A stretch of 64,000 nt of DNA, taken from NCBI GenBank assembly GCA_963696745.1, contig CAVOLL010000002.1:844171-908170 (forward strand), written 5' to 3'. This DNA is from an uncultured beta proteobacterium. Its GTDB lineage: Bacteria > Pseudomonadota > Gammaproteobacteria > Burkholderiales > Burkholderiaceae_E. The notes beneath the pieces are model-generated. The model saw only the letters and a program-made list of their open reading frames with translations. It did not search any database and had not been told where the DNA came from. The position numbers were made by a program, and so were the translations under genes. How positions within the stretch are numbered: the stretch's first letter is position 1; each line of letters opens with the position of its first letter. Of this stretch, positions 42,435 to 52,232 are shown piece after piece.

Positions 42435-43028
42435 TCAGGCTGCGGCTTTTGCGGACGCCTTTCTGGCGCGCCTGACAGCCTTCTTCGCGGGTGCACCCTT
42501 TTTCGCGGAGGCACTCTTCTTCGCGGAGGCACTCTTCTTCGCGGCGCGCCTGGGCGCCTTCTTCGCCGCCCGTTTCGGCGCGACACTGCCGCCCATCGCC
42601 TGCACGCTCGCGGTCAGCTGGTCGACGCGCTTGATCAGCGCCTGCACGTCCTTGCTGGTGGGAACGCCGAGCCGCGCCAGCGCGCGCGACACGCGCTCCT
42701 CGAACACCTGCTCGAGTTTGTCCCAGGATTCGGTGGCTTTCTCGCGCACTTCGGTCACCCGGCCCGTGACTTCGCCGATGCGCTCTTCGGCCATCGCGCG
42801 GGTGCGAAGCTGGATGCTGCGTCCCTCGCGCACCAGCGCCTGGAACACCTTGTTGCGCTCGTCGCGCGCCTTGCCGAACGCGCCCACGCCGGCGAGCCAG
42901 ATCTGTGTGGCCGAATCGCGGATCGCGGCGGCAAGCTGGTTGTCGTCGTGTGCGCGTGCCGCACCGGTCGATTTCGAGGCGGAGGATTTCCTGCCGCCGG
43001 ACTTGGTTGCGCGTGCTCTGGTTGCCAT
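42435..43028 (-). CDS. phaF: PhaF/PhaI-family phasin with histone-like AKK-rich tail
   Basis: QIWLAGVGAFGKA, F..LVREG, WDKLEQVFEERVSRALARLGVPTSKDV, then AAKK/AKKSAS repeats. Confidence 0.88.
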   Translation of the reverse strand: MATRARATKSGGRKSSASKSTGAARAHDDNQLAAAIRDSATQIWLAGVGAFGKARDERNKVFQALVREGRSIQLRTRAMAEERIGEVTGRVTEVREKATESWDKLEQVFEERVSRALARLGVPTSKDVQALIKRVDQLTASVQAMGGSVAPKRAAKKAPRRAAKKSASAKKSASAKKGAPAKKAVRRARKASAKAAA

Positions 43029-43268
43029 GTTGCTGGACTCCTTTGGGACGAGTGCGGCGCGTAGGCCGCAATGGACTTCGATTGATGGCAGTCTATGCGC
43101 GACCAGTAGAGGAGGCACACTAAAGTAGTGGGCACGAGCGCCGCCCGCGACAGGGCCGGCTTGCCCGGACCCGCGGTCGATGCAATCATCGCCGGGTCGC
43201 CGCGCAACGCGTCGCGCTTCGGGCACGAGCCTGCGTGGGCCTGGAATCGTTCAACGAGGAGGAGATCC

Positions 43269-45261
43269 ATGGAGTATTTCGTCACCGGCGCGTCCGGGTT
43301 CATCGGCAAGCGCCTGGTGCGCAAGCTTCTTTCGCGGCGCGGCTCGACCGTGCACTTCCTGGTGCGCGACGCGTCAAAGGACAAGCTCGCCCCGCTTTAT
43401 GCGTTCTGGGGCGCGACCGCCAAGCGCGCGATTGCAGTGGTCGGCGACATCTCCAAACCCGACTGCGGCCTGAAGGCGCCCGCGCGCAAGGCGTTGCAGG
43501 GCAAGATCAAGCACTTCTTCCACCTCGCGGCGATCTACGACCTCAAGGCCGACGCCGACGAGCAGATGCGCGTCAACGTCGAGGGCACGCGCAACGTGGT
43601 CGCGCTCGCCAACGACCTGAAGGTGGGCTGCTTTCACCACGTCAGCTCGATCGCCGCGGCCGGCATGTTCGAGGGGATGTTTCGCGAGGACATGTTCGAG
43701 GAGGCGGAGAACCTCGAGAACCCGTACTTCTCGACCAAGCACGACTCGGAAGGAATCGCGCGCTCCGAGCTCAGGGTGCCCTGGCGCATCTACCGGCCGG
43801 CGCTGGTCGTCGGCGACTCGAAGACCGGCGAGATGGACAAGATCGACGGCCCCTACTATTTCTTCAAGCTGATCCAGCGGATGCGCCAGTTCGTGCCGCC
43901 GTGGATGCCGACGATCGGCATCGAGGGCGGGCGCATCAACATCGTTCCGGTGGACTTCGTGGTGGACGCGATGGACCACATCGCGCACGCTCCGCAGCTC
44001 GACGGCAAGTGCTTCCACCTGATCGATCCCCAGCCGATGCGCGTGGGCGACGTGCTCACCGCGTTCGCGCGCGCCGCACATGCGCCGTCGATGGCGATCC
44101 GGATCAACGCGGCGCTGTTCGGCTTCATCCCGCGCGGCGTCAAGAAGAGCCTGATGGCGCTCACCCCGATCCGCCGGATCCGTGTCGCGGTGATGAAGGA
44201 TCTGGGACTGCCGGACGACATCCTCGACTTCGTCAACTACCCGACGCGTTTCGACTGTCGCCAGACGCAGGCAGCGCTCGAGGGCAGCGGAATCGAATGC
44301 CCGCGGCTGGCCGAGTACGCGTGGGTGCTGTGGGACTACTGGGAGCGGCATCTCGACCCCGACCTGTTCATCGACCGCACGCTCAAGGGACAGGTCAGGG
44401 GCAAGGTGGTGCTCGTGACAGGCGGTTCGTCCGGAATCGGCCTCGCGGCCGCGCGCAAGATCGCCGCGGCAGGCGCGACCACGATCATCTGCGGTCGCGA
44501 CGAGCAGAAACTGCGCGAAGCGGCCGATCTCGTGGCCGGCGAAGGGCACGAACTGCACACTTTCGCGGTAGACCTCGCCGACATGGCCGACTGCGACCGG
44601 ATGACCAAGTGGATCGTCCAGACCTACGGCGGCGTCGACCTGCTGGTCAACAACGCCGGACGCTCGATCCGCCGCGGAATCGAGGGCAGCTACGAGCGTT
44701 TCCACGACTTCGAGCGCTGCATGCAGCTGAACTACTTCGGCTCGCTGCGCGTGACGATGGGACTGCTGCCGTCGATGACGGCCAAGCGCGAGGGGCACGT
44801 GATCAACATCTCGTCGATCGGCGTGCTCACCAATGCGCCGCGCTTCTCGGCCTATGTCGCGTCCAAGTCCGCGCTCGACGCCTGGACGCGTTGCGCCGCG
44901 TCGGAGTTCTCGGACGTGGGGATCAAGTTCACGACGATCAACATGCCGCTGGTGCGCACGCCGATGATCGCGCCCACGCGCATGTACAACAACGTGCCCA
45001 CGCTCTCGCCCGAGGAAGCCGCCGACCTGGTGGTCGAAGCGGTGATCCACAAACCCGACCGGATCGCGACGCGTCTGGGCATCGTCGGCCAGGTGATGCA
45101 CGCGGTGCTGCCGGGCGTGGCGCAGATCGTGATGAACACCGCGTTTCGGATGTTCCCCGATTCCGACGCCTCGCGTGCGGGCGAAGGAAAAGGACAAACC
45201 GGAGCAGCTATCGGCCGATCAGATCGCCTTCCAGCAGATGATGCGCGGCGTGCACTTCTGA
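43269..45261 (+). CDS. two-domain SDR fatty acyl-CoA reductase (Marinobacter Maqu_2507 type; frameshift near 45195)
   Basis: N-domain YFVTGASGFIG, HLAAIYD, YFSTK, KIDGPYYFF; WDYWERHLDP linker; C-domain VTGGSSGIG, NNAGRSIRR, YVASK, MPLVRTPMI; MRGVHF* C-terminus in a shifted frame. Confidence 0.85.
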
Positions 45262-45289
45262 TTCGACTCGGGCGCGCGCCGGTTTCGAC

Positions 45290-46221
45290 TCAGATGCGTG
45301 CGAGTTCGGCGAGCACCGTGTCGAGGACCTCGGGCGCTCGCGCGAGCGTCAGGTGCCCGATCGCGGAGAACTCGATCACGCGCGCTCCGGGCATCGTCTG
45401 GGTCGCCTGCGGCGTGACGATGTTGTCGTGGTGCGTGAGGATGACGGTGAACAACGCGTTGGCGGCGCTCGACTCCGAGCGTTGCAGCGCGTCGAGCCAG
45501 TCGCCACCGCGGCGCATCTGGTGTGCGTTCGCGCCCAGCCCGAAGCGGGCGTGGACCGTGCCGCGGTGCGGCGTCCCGAGCGTGATCACGCTCGCGAGCG
45601 GCGCGTCCGGGTGGGCCCTGCGGTAGGCTCGTGCGGCCAGCCCGCCCATGCTGTGGCACACCAGCGCGACCGCGGGCGCGCCGGTGCGCTGCCTGAGTCG
45701 CTCGACCGCTTGTTCGAGCGATCGCGACGTAGTCGTCGATCGACCCGAACACCGGTTCGAGGTCGACCGCGGCCACCGCGTGCCCACGCGCCGCGAGCGC
45801 GCGCGCCATCGGGCGCCACAGCTGGCGGTTGCAGAAGTAGCCGTGCACCAGCAGCACGGGGATGCGGTTGCCCGGGTGCGTACCGGGCGTCGCGCGATTC
45901 GCCGGCGAGCGGTCGCGATGCGCCCCAGGGCATTTCCCACTGGAAGACCCACAGAGAATCCCTCAGCTCGCGCAGGTAGAGCCGGATCGCACTTCGCGCG
46001 TCGAGACGGTGCTCGCTGGGCGTCGGACTTCCGGAGAGCGACGCGACGACGAAGTTGGCCGCGACGACCAGCGCGTGTGCGGCCAGCGCAACGGCCAATC
46101 CCCCCAGCGTCGCCGCCGCGACCGGCCAGTCGCGAGCTGCGCCGAGCCACCAGGCGAGGGCGATCGCGACAGCGAGTTCGCCCAGCACCAGCGCGCGCAA
46201 CAGCGCCGCGACGCTCGTCAT
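45290..46221 (-). CDS. membrane-anchored alpha/beta-hydrolase (lipase/esterase; frameshifted)
   Basis: Hydrophobic N-terminus, LVHGYFCN, CHSMGG, TLGTPHRGT, HDNIV, GHL; start overlaps the GMC gene stop. Confidence 0.82.
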
Positions 46222-47834
46222 ACGAGTCGGGCGGCGGCGCGTCCGGCGAGCGTGCTCGCCAACGCGTCGGTGAGCCTGGCGGTGATCGCGTAGATCGACA
46301 GTTGAGGGTTCGCGCCGACCGAGGTCGGGAAGAGCGATCCGTCGTGCACCGAGACGTCGTCGAGTCCGTACAGCCTTCCGTCCGGACGCGTCACGCCGGT
46401 GGCCGGGTCGGCCGACATCGCGCAGCCGCCCATTACGTGCGCCGACACGACGCGAGTGACGATCGGCTTCATCGGCAGCGACTCGATCGCCGCCTTCGCG
46501 CTCGCCCAGCTCGGGTAGGCCGACGCGAGTTCGTGCACCGGCTGCACCGTCTTCGCGCCGGCGGCGAACTGCAGTTCGGCCATCTTCAGCAGCGCGCGGC
46601 GAGCGCCGTCGAACAGCACCGCGTTCAGCGGGTAGTCGAGCACCGGCGTGGAGTCGGCGCGCAGCTCGACCCGCCCGCCGCGCGACTCGGGGTGGAATCC
46701 GTCGCGCATCAGCGCGATCATCGCGTGGGTGTTGCCCAATCGCTTCATCGACTCGAAATGTGCGTCGCCGAATCCGTTCATCGTGGTCGAAAAGAGCACC
46801 GGGTGGATCGGCGGGACTTCGAGCTTGAAGCCGATCGGTCCGGCGACGTCGTCCAGACCAAGGAAGTAGTCGCTGTAGATCGACTGCGGCGCGCCGTCGA
46901 ATCCGTCGACGCGTTCGTCGAACACCGCCGCCGAGACCACCGAGGGGTGCAGGAACGTGCGCGCGCCGATCAGCCGGGCCGGGTCGGCCACCTTCGAGCG
47001 AAGCAGCAGCGCCGGGGTGTTGATCGCGCCACCGGCGAGCACGTAGTGCCGGGCGACCACGGTCGAGCTTCGTCCGCTCGGTCGCAGCCCCTGTTCGTCG
47101 AGCCACTCGACCTCGAGCCCGGTGGGCCTGCGGCCCTCGAGCATCAGCCGCTGCGCGCGGGCCCTCGTGAAAAGCGTCGCGCCGTGATCGAGCGCGGCCG
47201 GGATCGTCGTGACCAGCATCGACTGCTTGGCGTTGGTCGGGCAGCCCGTGCCGCAGTACCCGAGGTTGAAGCAGTTGCGAACGTTGCGCGCGATCGCCGG
47301 GGCGGGAATCGCGAACTGCGCCGCGCCGCGTCGCAGGATCTCGTTGTTCACGTTGGGCGGCACGCTCCACAGCGAAACCGATAGCCGGCGCTCCACCGCG
47401 AGGTACCACGGCAGCATCGCCTCGGGCGTGAGGTCGTTCAGCCCGTAGCGCTCGCGCCAGAACGCGAGCGTCGCGTCCGGAGGGCGAAAGCACGAGGTCC
47501 AGTTCACGGTGGTCGAACCGCCGACGCAGCGCCCCTGCAGGATGTTGATCGCCTTGTCCTTGGTCTTGCGCGCGGCCGACTCCTGGTAGATCGACGGGTA
47601 CGCCACCGACTCGCGCATGTTGAAGTCGCGCGAGCTGCGCAGCGGGCCTTCCTCGATCATGACCACCGACAGGCCGCTGCGCGCAAGGATCTCGGCGGAG
47701 ATGCCCCCGCCGGCGCCGGTCCCGACGATCGCGACGTCGAACTCGTAGCGCGACGCGAGGTCCGGGTCGGCGGCGTCGTGCACCTTCCAGCCGCGTTCGA
47801 GTCCGGCGACGATCGGATCGGGAAATCCACTCAT
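46218..47834 (-). CDS. GMC oxidoreductase, LaoA-like long-chain alcohol dehydrogenase
   Basis: VGTGAGG, IEEGP, QGRCVGGSTTVNW, CGTGCPTNAKQS, GGAINTPALLLRS, SAHVMGG, DGSLFPTSVGANPQL; N-terminus resembles P. aeruginosa LaoA as I recall it. Confidence 0.82.
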   Translation of the reverse strand: MSGFPDPIVAGLERGWKVHDAADPDLASRYEFDVAIVGTGAGGGISAEILARSGLSVVMIEEGPLRSSRDFNMRESVAYPSIYQESAARKTKDKAINILQGRCVGGSTTVNWTSCFRPPDATLAFWRERYGLNDLTPEAMLPWYLAVERRLSVSLWSVPPNVNNEILRRGAAQFAIPAPAIARNVRNCFNLGYCGTGCPTNAKQSMLVTTIPAALDHGATLFTRARAQRLMLEGRRPTGLEVEWLDEQGLRPSGRSSTVVARHYVLAGGAINTPALLLRSKVADPARLIGARTFLHPSVVSAAVFDERVDGFDGAPQSIYSDYFLGLDDVAGPIGFKLEVPPIHPVLFSTTMNGFGDAHFESMKRLGNTHAMIALMRDGFHPESRGGRVELRADSTPVLDYPLNAVLFDGARRALLKMAELQFAAGAKTVQPVHELASAYPSWASAKAAIESLPMKPIVTRVVSAHVMGGCAMSADPATGVTRPDGRLYGLDDVSVHDGSLFPTSVGANPQLSIYAITARLTDALASTLAGRAAARLV

Positions 47835-48322
47835 AGGTTCAACGGGCCTCCGTAGCCGATCGCGCGCCAGTTCGATTCAGTTCCGTACCACGCGCCGTAG
47901 CAAAGGTCGTGCAGCGCGTGGTACGACACCTGCAACAGCTCGACCGGGTGCGTGCGCCACGACTGCAGCACGGCTTCGGCCTTGCGCGCGCTCATCTCGC
48001 GCCATCCGTCGGCGGTTCCGGCGAGCACCAGCCTGGCCGGCGTAATCGACAGCAGCGTGAACAACTGCGCGAGCTCTTCCTGCGCGGCGGGCGAGAGCCC
48101 CGCGATCGCGATCTCGACTCCGTCGATGCACTGCTCGAGCGCCGCGTCGCGTCCGGCGCCCAGACTCGCGAGCGCAGCGCCGAGCATGCCGGGCACCACG
48201 CCGGCGAGCACGTCGCGGCGATCGGCTCGCGGGTCGCGTCCGGCGAGCCATCCGGCGACGCCGCCGCCGGCCAGCAGGATCGCGGCGCCGACACCGGTCT
48301 TGAGCAGGGTGCGTCGTTTCAT
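47831..48322 (-). CDS. twin-arginine-signal protein, LaoB-like partner of the GMC enzyme
   Basis: MKRRTLLKTGVGAAILL Tat motif; C-terminal WY...W..IGYGGP; stop overlaps the GMC ATG. Confidence 0.78.
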   Translation of the reverse strand: MKRRTLLKTGVGAAILLAGGGVAGWLAGRDPRADRRDVLAGVVPGMLGAALASLGAGRDAALEQCIDGVEIAIAGLSPAAQEELAQLFTLLSITPARLVLAGTADGWREMSARKAEAVLQSWRTHPVELLQVSYHALHDLCYGAWYGTESNWRAIGYGGPLNL

Positions 48323-48410
48323 CGTTTGCATTCTAGGTCCTCGCGCTAGAGGCGCCGCTCTAATGGCGGCGCGTCCGCGGCGCTCGCAGCGCCGGTATCA
48401 TCGCGCTGCG

Positions 48411-49122
48411 ATGGAACATGGTGAGCGACTCGCAGGTGCGGCAGGCGAGGTATCGGCGCAACGCGCGCGCCTCGCGGCCGATCCGGTGCTGCGCGCGCGC
48501 AACGCCGCACTCAAGCAATGGCAGGCGCGGCGCCTCGCGCGCACCCACGCCGACCTGCTCGACGATCCCCGGTATCAGGCCGCGGCGCGTTTCTTTCTCG
48601 ACGACCTCTACGGCGGCAAGGACTTCTCGCAGCGCGACGCCGAACTCGCGCGAGTGATTCCGACGCTCGCGCGCATGCTGCCCGGACGCCGCGCTCGGCA
48701 CGATCGCCGATGCGGTCGAACTCGACGCGATCACCGAGCGCCTGGACGAGGCGCTCGCCGTCGCGCTGGGCGCGCGCCTGGACCGCGGGATCGACGAAGC
48801 GCAGTACGCGCAGGCCTACCGGCGGGCCTGTTCGCGCGGCGATCGCGAGCACCAGCTCGACCTCGTCCTCGCGATCGGGCGCTCGCTCGACCGGCTCGTG
48901 CGCCATCCGCTGCTCGGGAGCATCCTGCGGGCGATGGCCGCACCGGCGCGGATCGCCGGACTGAGCGCGATGCACGAATTCCTGGTCCGCGGGTTCGGCG
49001 CGTTCCGGGGGATCGGCGGCGCGAGCGAGTTCCTCGCGCGCATCGACCTGCGCGAGCGCTCGATCCTCGAGCGCATCTACGCCGGGCAGAGCACCGACTG
49101 GACGAATCCGGCGCCAGGCTGA
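48411..49122 (+). CDS. FFLEELY-motif conserved hypothetical protein (frameshift near 48685)
   Basis: WQARRLARTHADLL...FFLDDLYGGKDFSQRD; AGLSAMHEFLVRGFGAF. Confidence 0.8.
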
Positions 49123-49149
49123 TAGAATTATCGGTTCACCATTGATGAA

Positions 49150-49198
49150 TCCTTGCTGCACCGCCTGACGCCGGCGGGCAGCCAACGACCACAAGGAG
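49150..49198 (+). promoter_or_regulatory. probable S6:S18 ribosomal-protein leader RNA
   Basis: TCCTTG(49150) can pair with CAAGGA(49192, includes the SD), enclosing a hairpin CTGC-A-CCGCC...GGCGG-GCAG followed by CCA (CCR motif); upstream of rpsF. Confidence 0.65.
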
Positions 49199-49203
49199 CC
49201 CGA

Positions 49204-49566
49204 ATGCGTCATTACGAGATGGTTTTCATCGTCCACCCTGATCAGAGCGAGCAGGTGCCCGCCATGATCGAGCGCTACAAGACGCTGATCGAAGCGCAGC
49301 AGGGGAAGATCCACCGAATCGAGGACTGGGGTCGTCGCCAGCTGGCCTATCCGATCGAAAAGATCGCCAAGGCCCACTACGTGATGATGAACATCGAATG
49401 CGCGGCCCCGACGCTTGCCGAGCTCGAGCACGGCTTTCGCTTCAACGACGCGGTGCTGCGGCACCTGACGGTGGTCATGTCGAGCGCGCAGACCACGCCT
49501 TCGCCGATGATGAAGCAACTCCAGAAGGAAGAGTCGCGCAGGTCGACCTCCGACGCCGCGTCCTGA
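49204..49566 (+). CDS. rpsF: 30S ribosomal protein S6
   Basis: [25 protein letters not shown]...[12 protein letters not shown]. Confidence 0.97.
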   Translation: MRHYEMVFIVHPDQSEQVPAMIERYKTLIEAQQGKIHRIEDWGRRQLAYPIEKIAKAHYVMMNIECAAPTLAELEHGFRFNDAVLRHLTVVMSSAQTTPSPMMKQLQKEESRRSTSDAAS

Positions 49567-49637
49567 ACGGCGCGGTGTGCGGTGCGAACCTGCTCGACGA
49601 TCGCGAACCGATGACGGTCGCCAAGGCGCAATGAAAA

Positions 49638-49955
49638 GTGTCGCTCCAGGGGCAGCCGTGCAACCTGGTGCAACTGCACGCCACGCTCGCCGAGCGCGGA
49701 TCGCTGCGCTACAGCCCGGCCGGCGTTCCGATCCTCTCGGCGACGCTGCGACACACGTCGCAGCAGATGCAGGCGGGAGCGCAACGCACGATCGAGCTGG
49801 AACTCGCGGCGCTGTTCGCCGGGCGGCTCGCCGAGCGCGCCGACCGCATCGCGCTGGGCGCGTCGATTCGCGCGAGCGGGTTTCTCGCGCCAAAGCGCAA
49901 GGCGTCCAGGCTGATGCTGCTCAACGTAACCGAATTTGAACTGATCGAGGTGTGA
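49638..49955 (+). CDS. priB: primosomal replication protein N
   Basis: LRYSPAGVP...LRH.S; located between rpsF and rpsR. Confidence 0.88.
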   Translation: MSLQGQPCNLVQLHATLAERGSLRYSPAGVPILSATLRHTSQQMQAGAQRTIELELAALFAGRLAERADRIALGASIRASGFLAPKRKASRLMLLNVTEFELIEV

Positions 49956-49956
49956 T

Positions 49957-50232
49957 ATGGCGTACTTTCGCCGTGGTTCCAAAGACAATCGCAAGAAGCG
50001 TCCTTCGCAAAGCGCGTTGTTCAAGCGCAAGAAGTTCTGCCGTTTCACCGCGGAGAACGTCGAGCAGATCGACTACAAGGACATCGACGTCCTGAAGGAC
50101 TTCATCACCGAGACGGGCAAGATCATCCCGGCGCGTCTCACCGGCACCAAGGCGCGCTACCAGCGGCAGCTCACGACCGCGATCAAGCGCGCGCGGTTCC
50201 TGGCGCTGCTGCCGTTCACCGACAACCACTGA
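49957..50232 (+). CDS. rpsR: 30S ribosomal protein S18
   Basis: [43 protein letters not shown]. Confidence 0.97.
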   Translation: MAYFRRGSKDNRKKRPSQSALFKRKKFCRFTAENVEQIDYKDIDVLKDFITETGKIIPARLTGTKARYQRQLTTAIKRARFLALLPFTDNH

Positions 50233-50251
50233 GCGCGCAAGGAGAAGACAG

Positions 50252-50706
50252 ATGCAGATCATCCTGCTTGAGAAGGTCGTCAACCTCGGCCAGCTCGGCG
50301 ACGTCGTCAAGGTCAAGGACGGCTACGCGCGCAACTTCCTGATTCCGCACGGCAAGGCGCGACGCGCGACCGAATCGGCGATCAAGGAGTTCGAAGTGCG
50401 TCGTGCCGATCTCGAGAAGATCCAGGCCGACAAGCTGAGCGCGGCGCAGTCGGCCGCCGAAAAGCTGAGCGGCCTGACGGTGCAGCTCACCGAGAAGGCC
50501 GGCGTCGACGGCCGCCTGTTCGGTTCGGTCACCAACGCCAACATCGCCGACGCGCTGCGCAAGCAGGGCTTCGAGGTGCAAAAAAACGATGGTCCACATG
50601 CGTGAGCGGGCAGATCAAGAACGTCGGCGATCACAAGGTCGAAGTGGCGCTTCACAGCGACGCCAGGGCCGAGATCACCGTGTCGGTGCTGGCCGAGGCG
50701 AGCTGA
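50252..50706 (+). CDS. rplI: 50S ribosomal protein L9 (apparent frameshifts near the A-run at 50580)
   Basis: [40 protein letters not shown]; C-terminus [14 protein letters not shown] in another frame. Confidence 0.95.
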
Positions 50707-50741
50707 TCGCGCCGCGCCCTCGTGGTGCGCGGCACGGAAGT

Positions 50742-50771
50742 AAAAAGGGGCGCGAGCGCGCCCCTTCTTTT
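50742..50771 (+). terminator. rho-independent terminator after rplI
   Basis: AAAAAGGGGCGC-GAGC-GCGCCCCTTCTTTT. Confidence 0.85.
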
Positions 50772-50784
50772 GTAAGATGCGTGG

Positions 50785-52197
50785 ATGTCCGCTGTTTCCA
50801 CTTCCGATGATCGCGCGCCCGGCGCACGGGCGCAGGGCGCGGGCGACCGCGAGCTCGAGGCGCTGCGCGTGCCGCCGCACTCGATCGAGGCCGAGCAGTC
50901 GGTGCTCGGCGGCCTGCTGCTCGACAACACCGCTTTCGATCGCGTCGCCGACGTCGTGCGCGAGGAGGACTTCTACCGCTACGACCACCGCCTGATCTGG
51001 CAGCAGGTGGCGCGCCTGATCGAGCGCGGACAGCCGGCCGACGTGATCACGGTGTTCGAGGCGCTCGGCTCGAACGCAAAGGCCGAAGAGGCGGGCGGCC
51101 TGCAGTACCTGAACTCGCTCGCGCAGGAAACGCCGTCGGCGGCGAACATCCGCCGCTACGGCGAGATCGTGCGCGATCGGGCGATCCTTCGCCACCTGAT
51201 CGCGACCTCCGAGGCGATCACCACCGCGGCGCTCAACCCGCATGGGCAAGGAGACGCGGCAGATCCTCGACGAGGCCGAATCGAAGATCTTCCAGATCTC
51301 GGAAGACGGCGCGCGCGGCGCGGCCGGATTCCAGCCGCTGCAGGACCTGCTCGGTCGCGTCGTCGAACGGGTCGACCAGCTCTACAGCCAGGAGAATCCG
51401 AGCGACATCACCGGCGTGCCCACCGGTTTCGTCGACCTCGACCGCTACGACCTCGGGCCTGCAACCGGGCGACCTGGTGGTCATCGCGGGGCGCCCCTCG
51501 ATGGGCAAGACCTCACTCGCGCTGAACATCGCCGAGCACGTCGCGATCGACCAGGGCCTGCCGGTGGCCGTGTTCAGCATGGAGATGGGCGCGACGCAGC
51601 TCGCGATGCGGCTGCGTGTGTTCGGTCGGGCGTCTCGACCAGCAGCGGCTTCGCACCGGCAGGCTGGTCGACGACGACTGGCCGCGCCTGACCAGCGCGA
51701 TCCAGAAGATGCAGGAAGCGCAGATCTTCATCGACGAGACGCCGGCGCTGAACGCGCTCGAGCTGCGCGCGCGCGCGCGCCGGCTGTCGCGCCAGTGCGG
51801 CCAGCTCGGTGCGATCGTGGTCGACTACCTGCAGCTGATGGGGGCGACCTCGTCGGGCGAGAACCGCGCCACCGAGATCTCGGAGATCTCGCGCGGCCTC
51901 AAGGCGCTCGCCAAGGAGCTCCAGTGCCCGGTGGTCGCGCTCTCGCAGCTCAACCGCTCCCTGGAGCAGCGCCCGAACAAGCGGCCGGTGATGTCGGACC
52001 TGCGCGAATCGGGGGCGATCGAACAGGACGCGGACGTGATCCTGTTCATCTACCGCGACGAGGTCTACAACCCGGACTCCCCCGACAAGGGCTCGGCCGA
52101 GATCATCATCAGCAAGCAGCGCAACGGGCCGACCGGAACGGTGCGCCTGACCTTCGTCGGCCAGTACACCAAGTTCGAGAACCACGCGTCGATGTAG
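50785..52197 (+). CDS. dnaB: replicative DNA helicase (frameshifted)
   Basis: [64 protein letters not shown]. Confidence 0.95.
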
Positions 52198-52202
52198 GGC
52201 GC

Positions 52203-52220
52203 GGCGCCCCTGGGGGCGCC
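52203..52220. terminator. GC hairpin between convergent dnaB and phoH2
   Basis: GGCGCCC-CTGG-GGGCGCC; no U-tract, so the terminator role is uncertain. Confidence 0.4.
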
Positions 52221-52232
52221 GGCCGATTGCCG

